From NCBI GenBank assembly GCA_903813345.2, contig CAIIXF020000001.1:24490001-24554000 (forward strand): DNA of 64,000 nucleotides, given 5' to 3'. Below the pieces are notes generated by a model. It was given only the letters and a program-made list of their open reading frames with translations, did no database searches and was not told where the DNA came from. This document shows, one piece after another, positions 28,586 to 40,581 of the stretch; the stretch's first letter is position 1, and the number at the start of each line of letters is the position of its first letter. Made by a program: the position numbers and the translations under genes. This DNA is from Owenia fusiformis (lineage: Eukaryota).

Positions 28586-28808
28586 TATTATGGGAGCTAC
28601 TCGCTTCTTCTGGTTGAGATTGCAGTGTTTTTTGGTTTTGATTTTTTATCTGTTCCGGATTATTTTGACTTAAATGTTTTTTTTTCAATTTCTGTATTAC
28701 ATATGTTTACTGACTTAGTTTGACTGAGTTGTCGCATGGCTCTTTAAGGTGTGATAAAGATTCTTCATTAAACTAACATTTACATCGTGAGTTTGTAAGT
28801 GTGGGGTG

Positions 28809-29300
28809 TTTTTTTATATGTGGTTACATATTGTTATTGGTTGTCTCCGTTTTTTTGTGGCGGCGGTTGGCGTCTGTAACAAATTCTTAAAACTACCAAT
28901 TACTTACAACAAATACTGTTTCGACTGACTTCAGTTTTTTTTTCAAAATCATCTACACGTTTTCAGGAGTTCAAATCTGACTTTACATTTAAGATTTGTC
29001 CCTCAATGACCTTTCAAGGTCAAAAAGGTTCAGAAACTTCAAAAAGGTATTTCTTTCAACTTGCTTCAAATTTACCATATTTTCAAAAGCCTTTACAGTT
29101 ATCAGAAGTATAGATTCTCAAGGTAAAAAATCTCCTTCAATGACCTTCTCAGGGTCAAAAAAGTTTTTTTAACTTGCTTCAAATTGACCAATTTCTTTTT
29201 TCAAAATCATCTACAGAGTTCTCAGAAATTCAAAACTGATATATCGTGAGCAACTAGGTCGTGACATTTTGTCATGTTAATAATGTGAAATGTCTTGTTT
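28809..29300 (+). mobile_element. Degenerate Helentron-associated element, same family as 14751-16368 (about 2 core units)
   Basis: Shares the GTCTCCGTTTTTT..GGCGGTTGGCGTCTGTAACAA head, the core repeats, and the GTGACATTTTGTCATGTTAAT tail. Confidence 0.75.
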
Positions 29301-29307
29301 ATAATAT

Positions 29308-30563
29308 CACAGGCTGGTATCGAAATATTTGTCCGCTGTGACGGAGCATGCTATTTTTCATAAAAACACTAAGAATACTTCACGATTTATTTTTTAACTC
29401 ATATGTTTCGTTATACCATACAAAATTACTTACTCCATGCAATGGATATATCATTTGCGGGTAAATTTCACTTCTGTTTGAAGTCCAATTACGCTGGGAA
29501 GAAAAGCTATTGAAAATGGCGCCGGAGTATCATACTTCAAAATGTATCATTTCTTGTTTAACTTTCTAATGACACGATACAGTGACACGATAATATTTAC
29601 ACATGGTTTCAGCATAACTATGAAGGTATAAATGAGATGTTGATGTATTTGGTCTTTTTAATTCTTTTATAAAAAATAATGTTTAATTTTTTTGTCCGCT
29701 GTGACGGAGCAGTTGCAAATGTGAACTGTGAAAATGCTCCGTCACAGCGGACAAAAAATATTAACATTATTTTTTGTAAAAAAAATTAAAAAGACCCAAT
29801 GCATTAATATCTCATTAATACATTCAGAGTTATGCTGAAAACATATGTTAATATTATCGTGTCACTATATCATGCCATTAAAAAATTAAAAAAGAAATGG
29901 TACATTTTAGAGTTTGATACTCTGGCGCCGTTTTCAATAGATTTTACTCCTAGCGTTATTGGACTATTGTACAGTTTCTTTTTAAACTTTTTAATGGCAT
30001 GATATAGTGACACAAGAATATTAAAATATGTTTTCAGCATAACTTTGAATGTATTAATGAGATATTAATGCATTGGGTCTTTTTAATTTTTTTATAAAAA
30101 ATTATACTAATATTTTTTGTCCGCTGTGACGGAGCATTTTTACAGTTTACATTTGCAACTGCTCCGTCACAGCGGACAAAAAAATTAAACATTATTTTCT
30201 ATAAAAGAATTAAAAAGACCAAATACATCAACATCTCATTAATACCTTCATAGTAATGCTGAAACCATGTGTAAATATTATCGTGTCACTATATCGTGCC
30301 ATTAGAAAGTTAAACAAGAAATGGTACATTTTGAAGTATGATACTCCAGCGCCATTTTCAATAACTTTTCTTCCCAGCGTAATTGGACTTCAAACAGAAG
30401 TGACAGTTACCCGCAAATGATATATCCATTGCATGGAGTAAGTAATTTTGTATGGTATAACGAAACATATGAGTTAAAAAATAAATCGTGAAGTATTCTT
30501 AGTGTTTTTATGAAAAATAGCATGCTCCGTCACAGCGGACAAATATTTCGATACCAGCCTGTG
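29308..30563. mobile_element. Young foldback DNA transposon with CAC...GTG ends and a 5-bp TSD (Transib-like signature)
   Basis: AATAT|CACAGGCTGGTATCGAAAT ... ATTTCGATACCAGCCTGTG|AATAT; about 580-bp near-identical inverted arms, each internally palindromic. Confidence 0.85.
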
Positions 30564-33254
30564 AATATGAAATTAAAAAAATAATTTTGGATATAAGGCT
30601 ACATCCTTGATTCAAGGGTATTTCAATTTATGCCATGAGCTGGGACAGTGATGCCCGATCTATAAGGATGGTAAGGTTGTATCACTATTGATTATGTCAC
30701 ATATCGAGGAGCATGTAAAACAAGACGCAATACAATCATTTGACAGTTAAGATCTAGACAAGATTAATCGGATGTATACGACAATTATCCTTTTAACGTT
30801 AACGGGAGTTATTGGAAGATCTAATTATAAGCCAATAGAAAACCTGCATATAGCAATAAATAGTAATTAATTGATTGAAAAAATACGTAGGCTTTTTTAG
30901 ATTACATTTAGGTCGTCTATTTAAAATAGAATCAGAGATATAATGGTGTCAAAAGTGCTTACAATCACCGAGTCAACTGTATCACCTCGAATATAAGATT
31001 TCGACGTTATCTGATCAAATGGTCGAGTTCTTGAAGATTTGAATGATGGAGAAATTTATAAAACCATCATCAAAGTATACACATGTTGTATGAATCATTA
31101 GTGATAGACACAGTGATATACCAAAATAATATTATGGCTTGGAGATATATCCGCATTATTTCTATGAAGACAATGTTTCTTTGAATCTTAAGACAAAGTA
31201 TTTCAGATACCTCTAAAGTAATCCTCTAGTTGATGATTTTTAGTAAATCATAAATACAAATTGGAGATACGTGTCTAGAGAAAAGCCAAAATCGTCACTT
31301 TAGTACACGTTCTTTTTTGACGTAAACAAAGCATCAGATTCAGATACATGATACGTACTTGTCAATTTACAAAATTACAAGCAAAGAAACCGGCTTAAAT
31401 GAGAACTAAAGTATTTCTTTGAATGTAATCAGCACACATAAAAAGAAAAAATAAGATGATTTTGAAATATTTTCCGTTTGTATTTGTTGAATTTACACAA
31501 TATGTCACTAGAAAGAAAATTACAGTTTTTAGGTCACCTTGTAATTTTCATTTCAATATTTTGAAAAATGAAAGAAGTTATGAATATCAGACTTAAAACA
31601 TGAATCAAGAAAACGAAATGCCAGTCTTAGAAAAATCCGTTTTTATTAGCTGGAAATAGGGTCAATCTGACCATATCTGTCACTTCAGCAATTCTAAGAT
31701 GTAATTGGAAAGGCATGACGGATCTGCATTTGCCAGTTTGAGGTCATGATTTCATAAGAGTTGACCTACTACATCACAGTGCAATTTTACAACCTGTCTT
31801 AATATAAGGGATAATCCAAATTATTTTGATATGTTATCTTTGATCGATTGATAGATGTTTTTCATGGAATTTGCTTCATTGTTGAATTGATGTTAGTAGC
31901 TACCTATTGCTTCAAATATTTCTTTTGAATTTATTTCTCTTTTTCAACTTTGAAAGTAAAAATAGGCTCGAAAAAGCATTATTGGATTCCGTGGAACACA
32001 AATCATTGTTGGTACATTAGAAATAAAACTAGATTGATGAGATGGCATTTTATATCTTGATGAATCTTCAGGGTTAGACAATCCTATCTCAGATAAGCTT
32101 AAGGATATCATTAATCTGAAAAGAAAGTTGGCATTTTAAGAATAATGTTGTAACGTGGCATATAACAATCGACTATTTGGAACGATTTAATTTGCATAAA
32201 GAATCAGGAATCTGAAACAGGTGAAATGGCACTGTGTAATTTGTTTAAATATAACATGTATCCCAGCTCTATAGCTACTCCTCAATTCAATGTATTGGGT
32301 AAATGAATACATATACTCGATAATCATACAAAATTATTGACCTGGTACTGGTTGTTCTGTATGAATATGTACTTAAATGTTAATTTTCGAATAGAAATCA
32401 ACATTACATTTTTTGTTACAAATATGTAGTTTTTTAAATTTTAAAGATGTTTTATACAAGTGAATACAAAAGTCAGATTTGATTCTTGTATCACACCCGT
32501 TATATAAGTGCATAAGTCATACACTTCATCTCCTACTTCAATATTATGAAATTACTGTATGTGTCCATTTCATTAGCGATGAATGTTATCTTACATTAGC
32601 CGACGAGCCCACAATAGATTTGGTCCTAAAATACGACAAGTCAAGAGAATAATTGTACTGAATGTTCAGCAAAGACATTTGTGATGAGAAGGGTGTCGTT
32701 CTTATTCTCCGAGTTTAACAATTGTTTTTATCTTGAATCAAATAATAATTTGAATGATTCAAATTCTTGAAACGCTCAATAAGTATGCATGACGTATGAA
32801 CAGACAATGCATTAATTTGTCTATTAGTTTCCACATTGATCATCATTTGAAGCTTATTCATGGGGTGAAGTTTTAAGGCCTCAATTCACTCTAATAGCTC
32901 TGCTTATGACTCTGGGAAAAGCTATCGGTTGAAGTAAATGTCGTCTTATGTGACTTGCATTATGTGTCGTTATTACAAAGTTAAGTCGACACAAGATGCA
33001 ATATTTGTTGCGGTATTACTTCTTCTTTAGAGGCATCTTAAGCTTTCTATTGTTGATATATTTTTCGTGATTCAAAGCATGCATAAAATGTCATGGTTAT
33101 ATAATATGTAATAGTACCATTATGGATAATATGAAAAAAGTGTAATATGTTGTATGGAAACACGCCACTTAACTAATTTATTGTATTTTATGAATTTGAT
33201 AAGGTGAATATATTTTCCCAATGGATCCATCTAAATCATTTGTTTTACTTATAG

Positions 33255-33392
33255 GTGATCAAGATGCTCATCACAATCATCCTGGTGTTCTTGATTTGTT
33301 GGGGCCCTAAGCTTATCCTGAGAATCATCAGTCGATATCCCTTTAAAGACCATATGAACAGTTATTGGCGGCAGGATTTTGTTACTTTGAAG
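33255..33392 (+). CDS. GPCR coding exon 5 (TM6, ECL3); not shown in the ORF track
   Basis: Acceptor ttttacttatag|; VIKMLITIILVFLICWGPKLILRIISRYPFKDHMNSYWRQDFVTLK; donor AAG|GTAAAC at 33393 (phase 0). Confidence 0.93.
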
Positions 33393-35362
33393 GTAAACTA
33401 TAATGACAAGTTTTGTACTTGAAAACTGTACATTTCTCCGATTGTCCAACGTAATGCTTGGTCATACATTAAACACCAGTTCAAAGATCATCTTAAAATG
33501 CAAATATGCATTTACAACATAGGCAATTAAAGGCATGACTATATGTTGTGGTCGTTTTGCATTAATTTTTATGACAGCATGGTATGGCCATTTGTGCAAC
33601 AATGCTTTCGATGCTTTAAAGATCATTGCAATAAATGACTATTTTAGTGATAAATAACAATGTTAGCACAATATCTTAATTAAACAGACATTAGGCATCA
33701 TATTTCAAGGCTTGTAGTCAATTATAGGAAGCCACACATGTCACTAAAGAGAAAACCTGTCGGTGATATATATCTGTAGAGAAAGTTGCAAGCAGTTACC
33801 TTGAATCGTTGAAACGACGTAAAAAGCTAGATGTAAATGGAGATTCTAAATGTACTTTTGATTTTTCTGTATACAAGTTTTTTAACTTACACAATATAAC
33901 TGTATAAAAGCTCTTGAATAATTGACTCTTTACTTCTGGTCCATGATTATTTCTTTTAATGTTTAAGAAAAGTTAGATTCTGGTATTGTCTTTTGACTAA
34001 TTGGAAAATTTAAATCTATTTCGCAATCCTGATGAAATGTACAAAACATGTCTAACACATATGGTTGAAAACGTATAAAAAGCTGAACTAATAAATAATC
34101 TCTCAAAACAGGATCAATGCCCTCTATATCTACCTCTGGCACTTGAGTTTGATGTAGCTGCATTGTTATACTTATAAATACATGTAAGTCAGAGTGTGAA
34201 CCCTTTTTCATCAAACAACACATAAGTTTCAGATTTCTCTTTTCTCATACATCTAATTTTATGTACTTATTTGGACATCATCTGAAAATATTAAAACATA
34301 CCGATGTCCCCACAAATCTAGAATTATGTGCATGCAGCAATGCTTCTGTGTTTCATTGTATGTGGTATAATTTCGTAAATGTATTTATATTAGTTTTAAT
34401 TCGGCTTGGTCTTAAACCTTTTCCATCTATACCTTAATTTACAATAATTTATTAAATTCTTGATTTGCTTTTTAAAAACGAGTCGTGAAAACGAGCGGCG
34501 AAAGAGTCACCGGCTTATTCATGAAAGCATTTGCGCAATTGCCATCCATTTTACTATAACGCACTAGATATTGGATCATGAATTTCTAAAAATTGCTTTA
34601 CTATTGCTACTGCACAATAACAGAATAGCTAGCTATATTGTGAAAAAGGCCTCAGATCAATCTTTATGCAAACATGTATGCTTAACATTATGATGGTCCT
34701 TTCTTTGAGATATTAAACACAAGGTTTGCAATCAATTCATTACTTTCCACAAATGTTGAGAGTTATGACTTCTTTCACTCAATCATTGTTTTCTCTCAAC
34801 TCCCTTAATTGGCCCCAAGTATTTTTCATATGTATAATTTTGCAAAGGTGCAGTTTCACTTGTTGCATGAACATGTTCCAGTTTAACTTAGATGATGGTG
34901 GTTTCGAAATCCTGGACCTCAAAAGGCGTGAATCAAATCAAATCTGGAATTAATTCGAACGAAAATACAACAAAATCGAAGAATTCTGTGAGTTTTTATA
35001 TGAATTACGTTGAAAGTGTTTTTACGCACGATTCTTGATCAATTATGTCTGCGTGATATTGACAATGATTGAGATTATCATTTGACATCTGCTGGTGAAC
35101 CTATGGACCACAATCCTCCATGCCATACATACGTTTGATTACATTAGCCTATCAAATTTTCAGATGAACGCAATTTTCAGAATGGTTATTTGAAGCACTC
35201 CTGGTACGGATATTTCTGAGCAACCAATCGCATTTAAGTAAAACAATGACCAAAGTTAATGCCTCCAATGGTAACATGAGAAGACCCTATTCTGGATAAT
35301 TTAAACATTGTTGGGAATACTCGGGACCGAATTCTTGGGTGACCCTGTAGATATAGCAGTAG

Positions 35363-35960
35363 TTACTTCCTGCGAAAGCTATAATGATGTGGATTTTGAT
35401 ACAGCAGCCTTACCACTGCGCACTGGACAGCTGAATAATAGTGGCCTTTAAAACACGAATTAATGTGATCAGCGGCTTACTTTTGGTTTCTAACTGTGTC
35501 ATACATCATTATCATCCATCCGTGCAAGTATTGGAGTGCTGAAGTACTTTTCCGATCAAGACTAAATTGTTCATCGAGTGAATGTTTGCGACCCAATTTT
35601 AATATGGCGGTTTGCTAGGTAGTGAAATTCGCAACGAACGAAATGAATCATGAGATTTAGGTAGGTTCGGACAGCGTCCGGAGATTTACGAAAATGTCCG
35701 TGCAAAAAACGCCATATTGAAATTGGGCAGAAAAACATTCACTCGACTAACAATTACACATCTTGATCGAAAAGGAAGTACTTCAGCGCTCCAATAATTG
35801 CAAGGATGGATTATACTGATGTAGGACACAGTTAGAGAACACAAGTAAGCCGCTGATCACATTACTTCGTGTTTTAAAGGTCACTATTATTCAGCTGCCC
35901 ATTGCTCCGTCGGAGAGCCATAAGTTTCAAAATCGAACATGGCTTTCGAAGTGAGTAAAA
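35363..35960. mobile_element. Palindromic MITE-like element just upstream of exon 6a
   Basis: 35428-35615 is the reverse complement of 35705-35897 (e.g. cagctgaataatagtggcctttaaaacacgaa..aatgtgatcagcggcttac). Confidence 0.7.
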
Positions 35961-36098
35961 TAGTAGTATTTCATCAAAATGTCATCACATAACGCTTAAA
36001 GTGAACTATTTATGCATTTAGTTACTTATATAGTAGGTTTATGTAGACCATACAAGATTAAACATTTCGCACATTTCACTTGGTTTATTCTTTTGTAG

Positions 36099-36347
36099 GT
36101 GGCTTTTAACTTTTTACCTTACATCCAGAGTGCTGCCAACCCAGTCATATATGGAGTCATGTCTAGCAATTTCAGAAAGAGCTTATTCATTGCACTTAAT
36201 GTTCATTGTTTGGGGAGACCTCAGGTTGCGTTGAACAGCTCCATACGTCCTGCATATAGCATGGAGAGAACTCAACACAATAGACCAGACTCAAATAAAC
36301 GTGACATACAATTGAATGCAAATATAGATGACACGCTACTTCAATAG
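36099..36347 (+). CDS. GPCR alternative terminal exon 6a (TM7, helix 8, C-tail A)
   Basis: Acceptor ttattcttttgtag|, phase 0; VAFNFLPYIQSAANPVIYGVMSSNFRKS...DDTLLQ*. Confidence 0.88.
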   Translation: MAFNFLPYIQSAANPVIYGVMSSNFRKSLFIALNVHCLGRPQVALNSSIRPAYSMERTQHNRPDSNKRDIQLNANIDDTLLQ

Positions 36348-39288
36348 ACTGCAGGCACCATTTTGATTCGTTGGCTTATGTTCAATGGTCAAAAGCTACT
36401 AATCAACTATCTACAGTATATTTTGAGGATTCTTGTCCCATCCCTGTCATAAAACGTATTTGTATAAAGCTTTGTGTAAATTGTACCATATGGTATAAAT
36501 GATCAATATTGACAGTTCGACACCAGAATTTATTTTTATTTTAATTGAAACATACTGTAGACTTTTGACTAGCAAGCTGAGCTTCTGTAACATAGATAAT
36601 ATCATGCATTCACCCTCATGATATTACCTCTTATACCCGTTTTATCATCTGCATAATGATCTGTTATAATGTGTACATTTATCATTGCACAACACAGTTT
36701 ATGTAATGCACTCTTTGCAGTTGTATCATATATGTTGGAAAATCTTTCCAATTATTTGATTTTACTATATACTTGTGTTGTACATTCCTGGTAGATTTCT
36801 GGTAGATTTTAAACATATTTAGGATGTCCCAGGGCAAATCTAATCATGTATGTTGACCTATTTTTAAGTTTGGGAGTAAATAATCATACGATATGATCAA
36901 TAATACCATAAATTGAAGTTCCCTTATTTTGGAAGATTCAGATACAGATTCAGTCTGGTACTTGGCATGATGCATCAAAGATAAATTTATTTACCTATAA
37001 ATAACGTAACATTAATTTGCAACATATCAAAATGAAAATATATGTTTTGAGTTGGTGAATTTACCCGTATAAAAAGATAAAGCCTGCAAATAACATTTGC
37101 AATATTGGCAGATAAAGAACTGATTAATGGATTCGTTTGCAAAACAGGCAAATTCCAATTCCTCCTAGAAGTGTAATAGTTTCATATTTGTATATCTGAA
37201 TCATTTCAATTCAATGGGGAGAGAAAATGAATAAGACAAATTGGATCTGATATCTACTTTTATCGAAATATGGGTCACTGAATATTAAAGGCCACGCTCC
37301 GAGTCGTTTACGTCATTGTAAGCAATATATGCACATAATTTTTCTTTGATACATCATTTACTGTTCTCAGCTATTGATATCTACATAAATCAACTTTGCT
37401 TGTCCATCTAAAATGGTCGCATATTTCTTGAAGTTTAATCCACCTCATAAAATTTCAGAATGGCCCATATTTTTTCATATCGATGAAACACTTTGAACTC
37501 ATTGCTAAAAAGGCCATTTTAAATTTCTTTTTTTTAAATGTAGATCTCTTTGCAAAATATTCATTTTATTTATTTTTTATCACACCACTGGTGAAATATG
37601 GTCGTTATGATGGTGACGTGCTCGTGATCTTGGCATTCCGCTTTTGTTATCGAGATTTCAGAAAGCGCATTGTCAGATATTTTCAAAATATTGAAATGGC
37701 TATCACTTGTAATGTTGCCTACGCTCCATTATTATCAATTCCAGTATTGCAGGGCCGGGGTTTGCTCTAGATCATTTCCGGTTCAACATTAATTGTATTA
37801 ACTAAACATTTTATCCAAAATTTGAAGATACAACCGCATGACCCAAGTACCAATGGTGCTGTTTTATTCATTTCCTCTTGGCAATTGTAATCAGTTTATG
37901 CATTGTCACAAAATATTGGTCAAAGAATGCTAAAAGACTTAAAAATGGTAAAGCAATTATTAGATTGTCTTTTCAAATTAAATATAAGATCTCTTTCATC
38001 CAATACAATTCATATCTATTAATAAAAGTTAAGTTAGTTATCCTAATTCGTGGAACAGGGGAGTCAATAATTGTTTATATACGGTGAAGGATGAGATTCA
38101 GAAAAAATTCCAGGGAATGGGATGACTACCTTTACAACAAACACAATTTCTGCCTTTCAACCAGTTTTTCTTTGACTTAATCGTCGAACTTTAGATTCCC
38201 AAATTTTCTAAAATGATGGATTGATGTTATTATTGTAAAATCGTAAGATTTAATATTCATATTCAAGAAATTTAAGATTTTCTAAAACAGTTTTTGGGCA
38301 TATCAAAAATGGAGATGGAACAATTCAATTTCAGGTTAAATTCAAATTTCAGGTTAAAATTGTGATAATATTAAGTCCTAGTCACATGATGTAATTCAAA
38401 CAACTTGATTGGCTAAGATGATGTATAGGCCAAAGATAAATTGTATTTTTGAAATTTTTATGGAGTTTGGACGTTTTGACACTGAATAGCAGGCTGTTGA
38501 GAGGAAATAAAGATAAGGGAGTATCACAGAAAGAAAGATTTAAATAGGGAAAATCTGTGAAAATGTTTTCAAAAAGACACGTAGGACATTATTATTCAGA
38601 TAGGACGACGTGATATTGTAACCATTCTCTTTGTGATTCTTTAATCTTTAGCTGTAATTACTATGTTAAAGACCAAGTGTTGTCTTTCTACTTGTGTAAG
38701 CTTTGATTTAAAGACCTTACTTACTCCTCACGTTTGCCCTTGTTTCTAGAGAGTGTTGGAATAGATGTATAACAGTCCTTTGTAATCGATTAATCAGGAA
38801 AAACTTCTAAGAAAGATTAGCATTTTCTGAAAAAATTATCAAGTAAGTGACATAAAGATACGATATTATGATTAATTCATTATTAGCTTATATTCTAGTA
38901 CATGGTGAATGGTATATCACTGCTCAATCAAACTTGAAAAACAACAAGTATAATTGCTTTATTTATATTTCTTAGTTTAGCATATAAGCGCCAATGTGAG
39001 ATTGTACCATTATGTACCATACATAACAATATACCGGACATTATATTTCTATTTCCATATCCCCCAATCTATAAGTAGACTGCACTGAGAAAATTCAACT
39101 AATCAATCCAAAAAGATAGGATCAATCTTTGGAATAATTGTACAGCCGAGTCCCCGGTCATAAATCAAATGCCACATGCCTTTCGGGAATGACGATACAA
39201 GCAACTAAAATAATTAAAAAAAAGAACTACGATTGACAAATGTGGTATGACACCTGATAATATTGGTAACTGGTAAACCCAACCTTAA

Positions 39289-39764
39289 AGGCCCGCTCTG
39301 CGTATTTTTAATGTTTTGGGCCAAAATAAAGACTTTTATATGAATTCTATGGAATGTCAAATGTATTGATAAGAACCCTATCTTTGATTTGACACCAACA
39401 ACAGCTCAAAACGGACCACATCAAAGCTTGCAATAATTAATTTTCGATCTGTCAAGCTTTATATATCAAGTTTTTATCAATGTCATTGAAAGATGGCGAA
39501 GTTGTTTGTACTACATTATACATTCATTTTCATAGAAGTGTCGCCATCTTTTAAATCAAACGTAATTAAAAACATGCATTTGTTAAGCATGTGCATGCAT
39601 GTATAATGATCTCTGATTCAAATGTTTTTTCTCTGTGACTAATTTTTTTCTTGGTTCAATATTAAAGCAAATCAAACTTTGTGTCAGATTTGAGCGAGTG
39701 TGTGAGTAATATGTTTCAATGATAATATTTTTCTTCTTTCTTCTAAATTAAGTATAGCGGGCCT
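39289..39764. mobile_element. Kolobok-type non-autonomous transposon
   Basis: TTAA|AGGCCCGCT ... AGCGGGCCT|TTAA; inserted into a short ..AAGTCAACTCAACC.. tandem repeat (39270-39860). Confidence 0.8.
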
Positions 39765-40034
39765 TTAAGTCAACTCAACCCAGGTTATCTCAACCCTTAG
39801 TCAACTCAACCAAAGTTATCTTAACCCTAAGTCAATTCAACCCAAAGCCAACTCAACCCCCAAATTTAATAATTCTTTCAATATATAGGAAGACTTCAAT
39901 GAAATGTAATAGTTCCCCTAAATTGGCCATAAAGTTGTTTTAAGATATTGTGCTAATACATACTTTATTATATCAAAAAGCATTTAAATGATTAATTCAT
40001 TTGAGAAAAACATTTGATATGTTGGTTTTTGCAG

Positions 40035-40310
40035 GTTGCAATGAACCTGTTACCCTACATACAGAGTGCAACCAATCCAATTGTATATGGGTTTATGTCC
40101 TCTAGTTTCCGACGGAGTATGATGACAGCCTGTCGTAGTAAAGATAGCATTAGGAGCGTAACAAGGAGTGGGGGTGATATTGAGATGGGGTCAAAGAGTA
40201 TAAATGGGACAACACAGACAGGTTGGCACACCTCCTCTCGTTTCACCCCTTCACCAAGTCGGTCCAAGGAGTTTGGATGCAAAGATGTTGAGAGAGACTG
40301 CGCCCAATAA
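40035..40310 (+). CDS. GPCR alternative terminal exon 6b (TM7, helix 8, C-tail B)
   Basis: Acceptor gtttttgcag|, phase 0; VAMNLLPYIQSATNPIVYGFMSSSFRRS...ERDCAQ*. Confidence 0.9.
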   Translation, partial: VAMNLLPYIQSATNPIVYGFMSSSFRRSMMTACRSKDSIRSVTRSGGDIEMGSKSINGTTQTGWHTSSRFTPSPSRSKEFGCKDVERDCAQ

Positions 40311-40581
40311 AGGATTGGTATCGATATGGCGAACTGAATTCAACATTGTTTTTCTCTTAAACCAATTGAAAACATTCTGTAAAAACACGGTCCTTTATAA
40401 TTATGTAAGGTTGACTGAATGACAACAATTCAATGCTAAAATTATTTAAATAGAATTTTTATAACTGTTTTTGTTAACAGTTTTTGATTTTTAGTGCAAT
40501 TGTTTTTGTTCCTTTTCTACCAATTCTTGAGAATGCAATATAATATCTTTTCGAACCTTGTTGGAACAAAATACCCTATTA

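Larger units (their letters stand above)
3926..40310 (+). other. Gene span: class A (rhodopsin-like) neuropeptide-type GPCR, 5 shared coding exons plus 2 alternative terminal exons
   Basis: Exons 3926-4362, 18233-18356, 21891-22114, 25265-25376, 33255-33392 (1035 nt, 345 codons) join in frame via GT-AG introns to either 36099-36347 or 40035-40310. The spliced protein has all seven TM motifs: GN (TM1), LAVSD (TM2), C..ERY (TM3), W..P (TM4), P..Y (TM5), CWGP (TM6), NPxxY (TM7). Ligand family cannot be assigned without a search. Confidence 0.93.

Noticed and set aside
29308-29350. Bona fide V(D)J-type recombination signal sequence
   Set aside because: Heptamer-like start only; no ACAAAAACC-like nonamer at 12 or 23 bp.
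37289-37320. TTAA|AGGCCACGCT Kolobok-like left end
   Set aside because: No matching right terminus found downstream.
36348-40034. A second, separate GPCR gene ending in exon 6b
   Set aside because: No TM1-TM6 coding exons found in this 3.7 kb; alternative terminal exon usage is the simpler reading.
40296-40310. C-terminal CaaX prenylation signal in tail 6b
   Set aside because: The protein ends DCAQ; Cys is third from last, not fourth.
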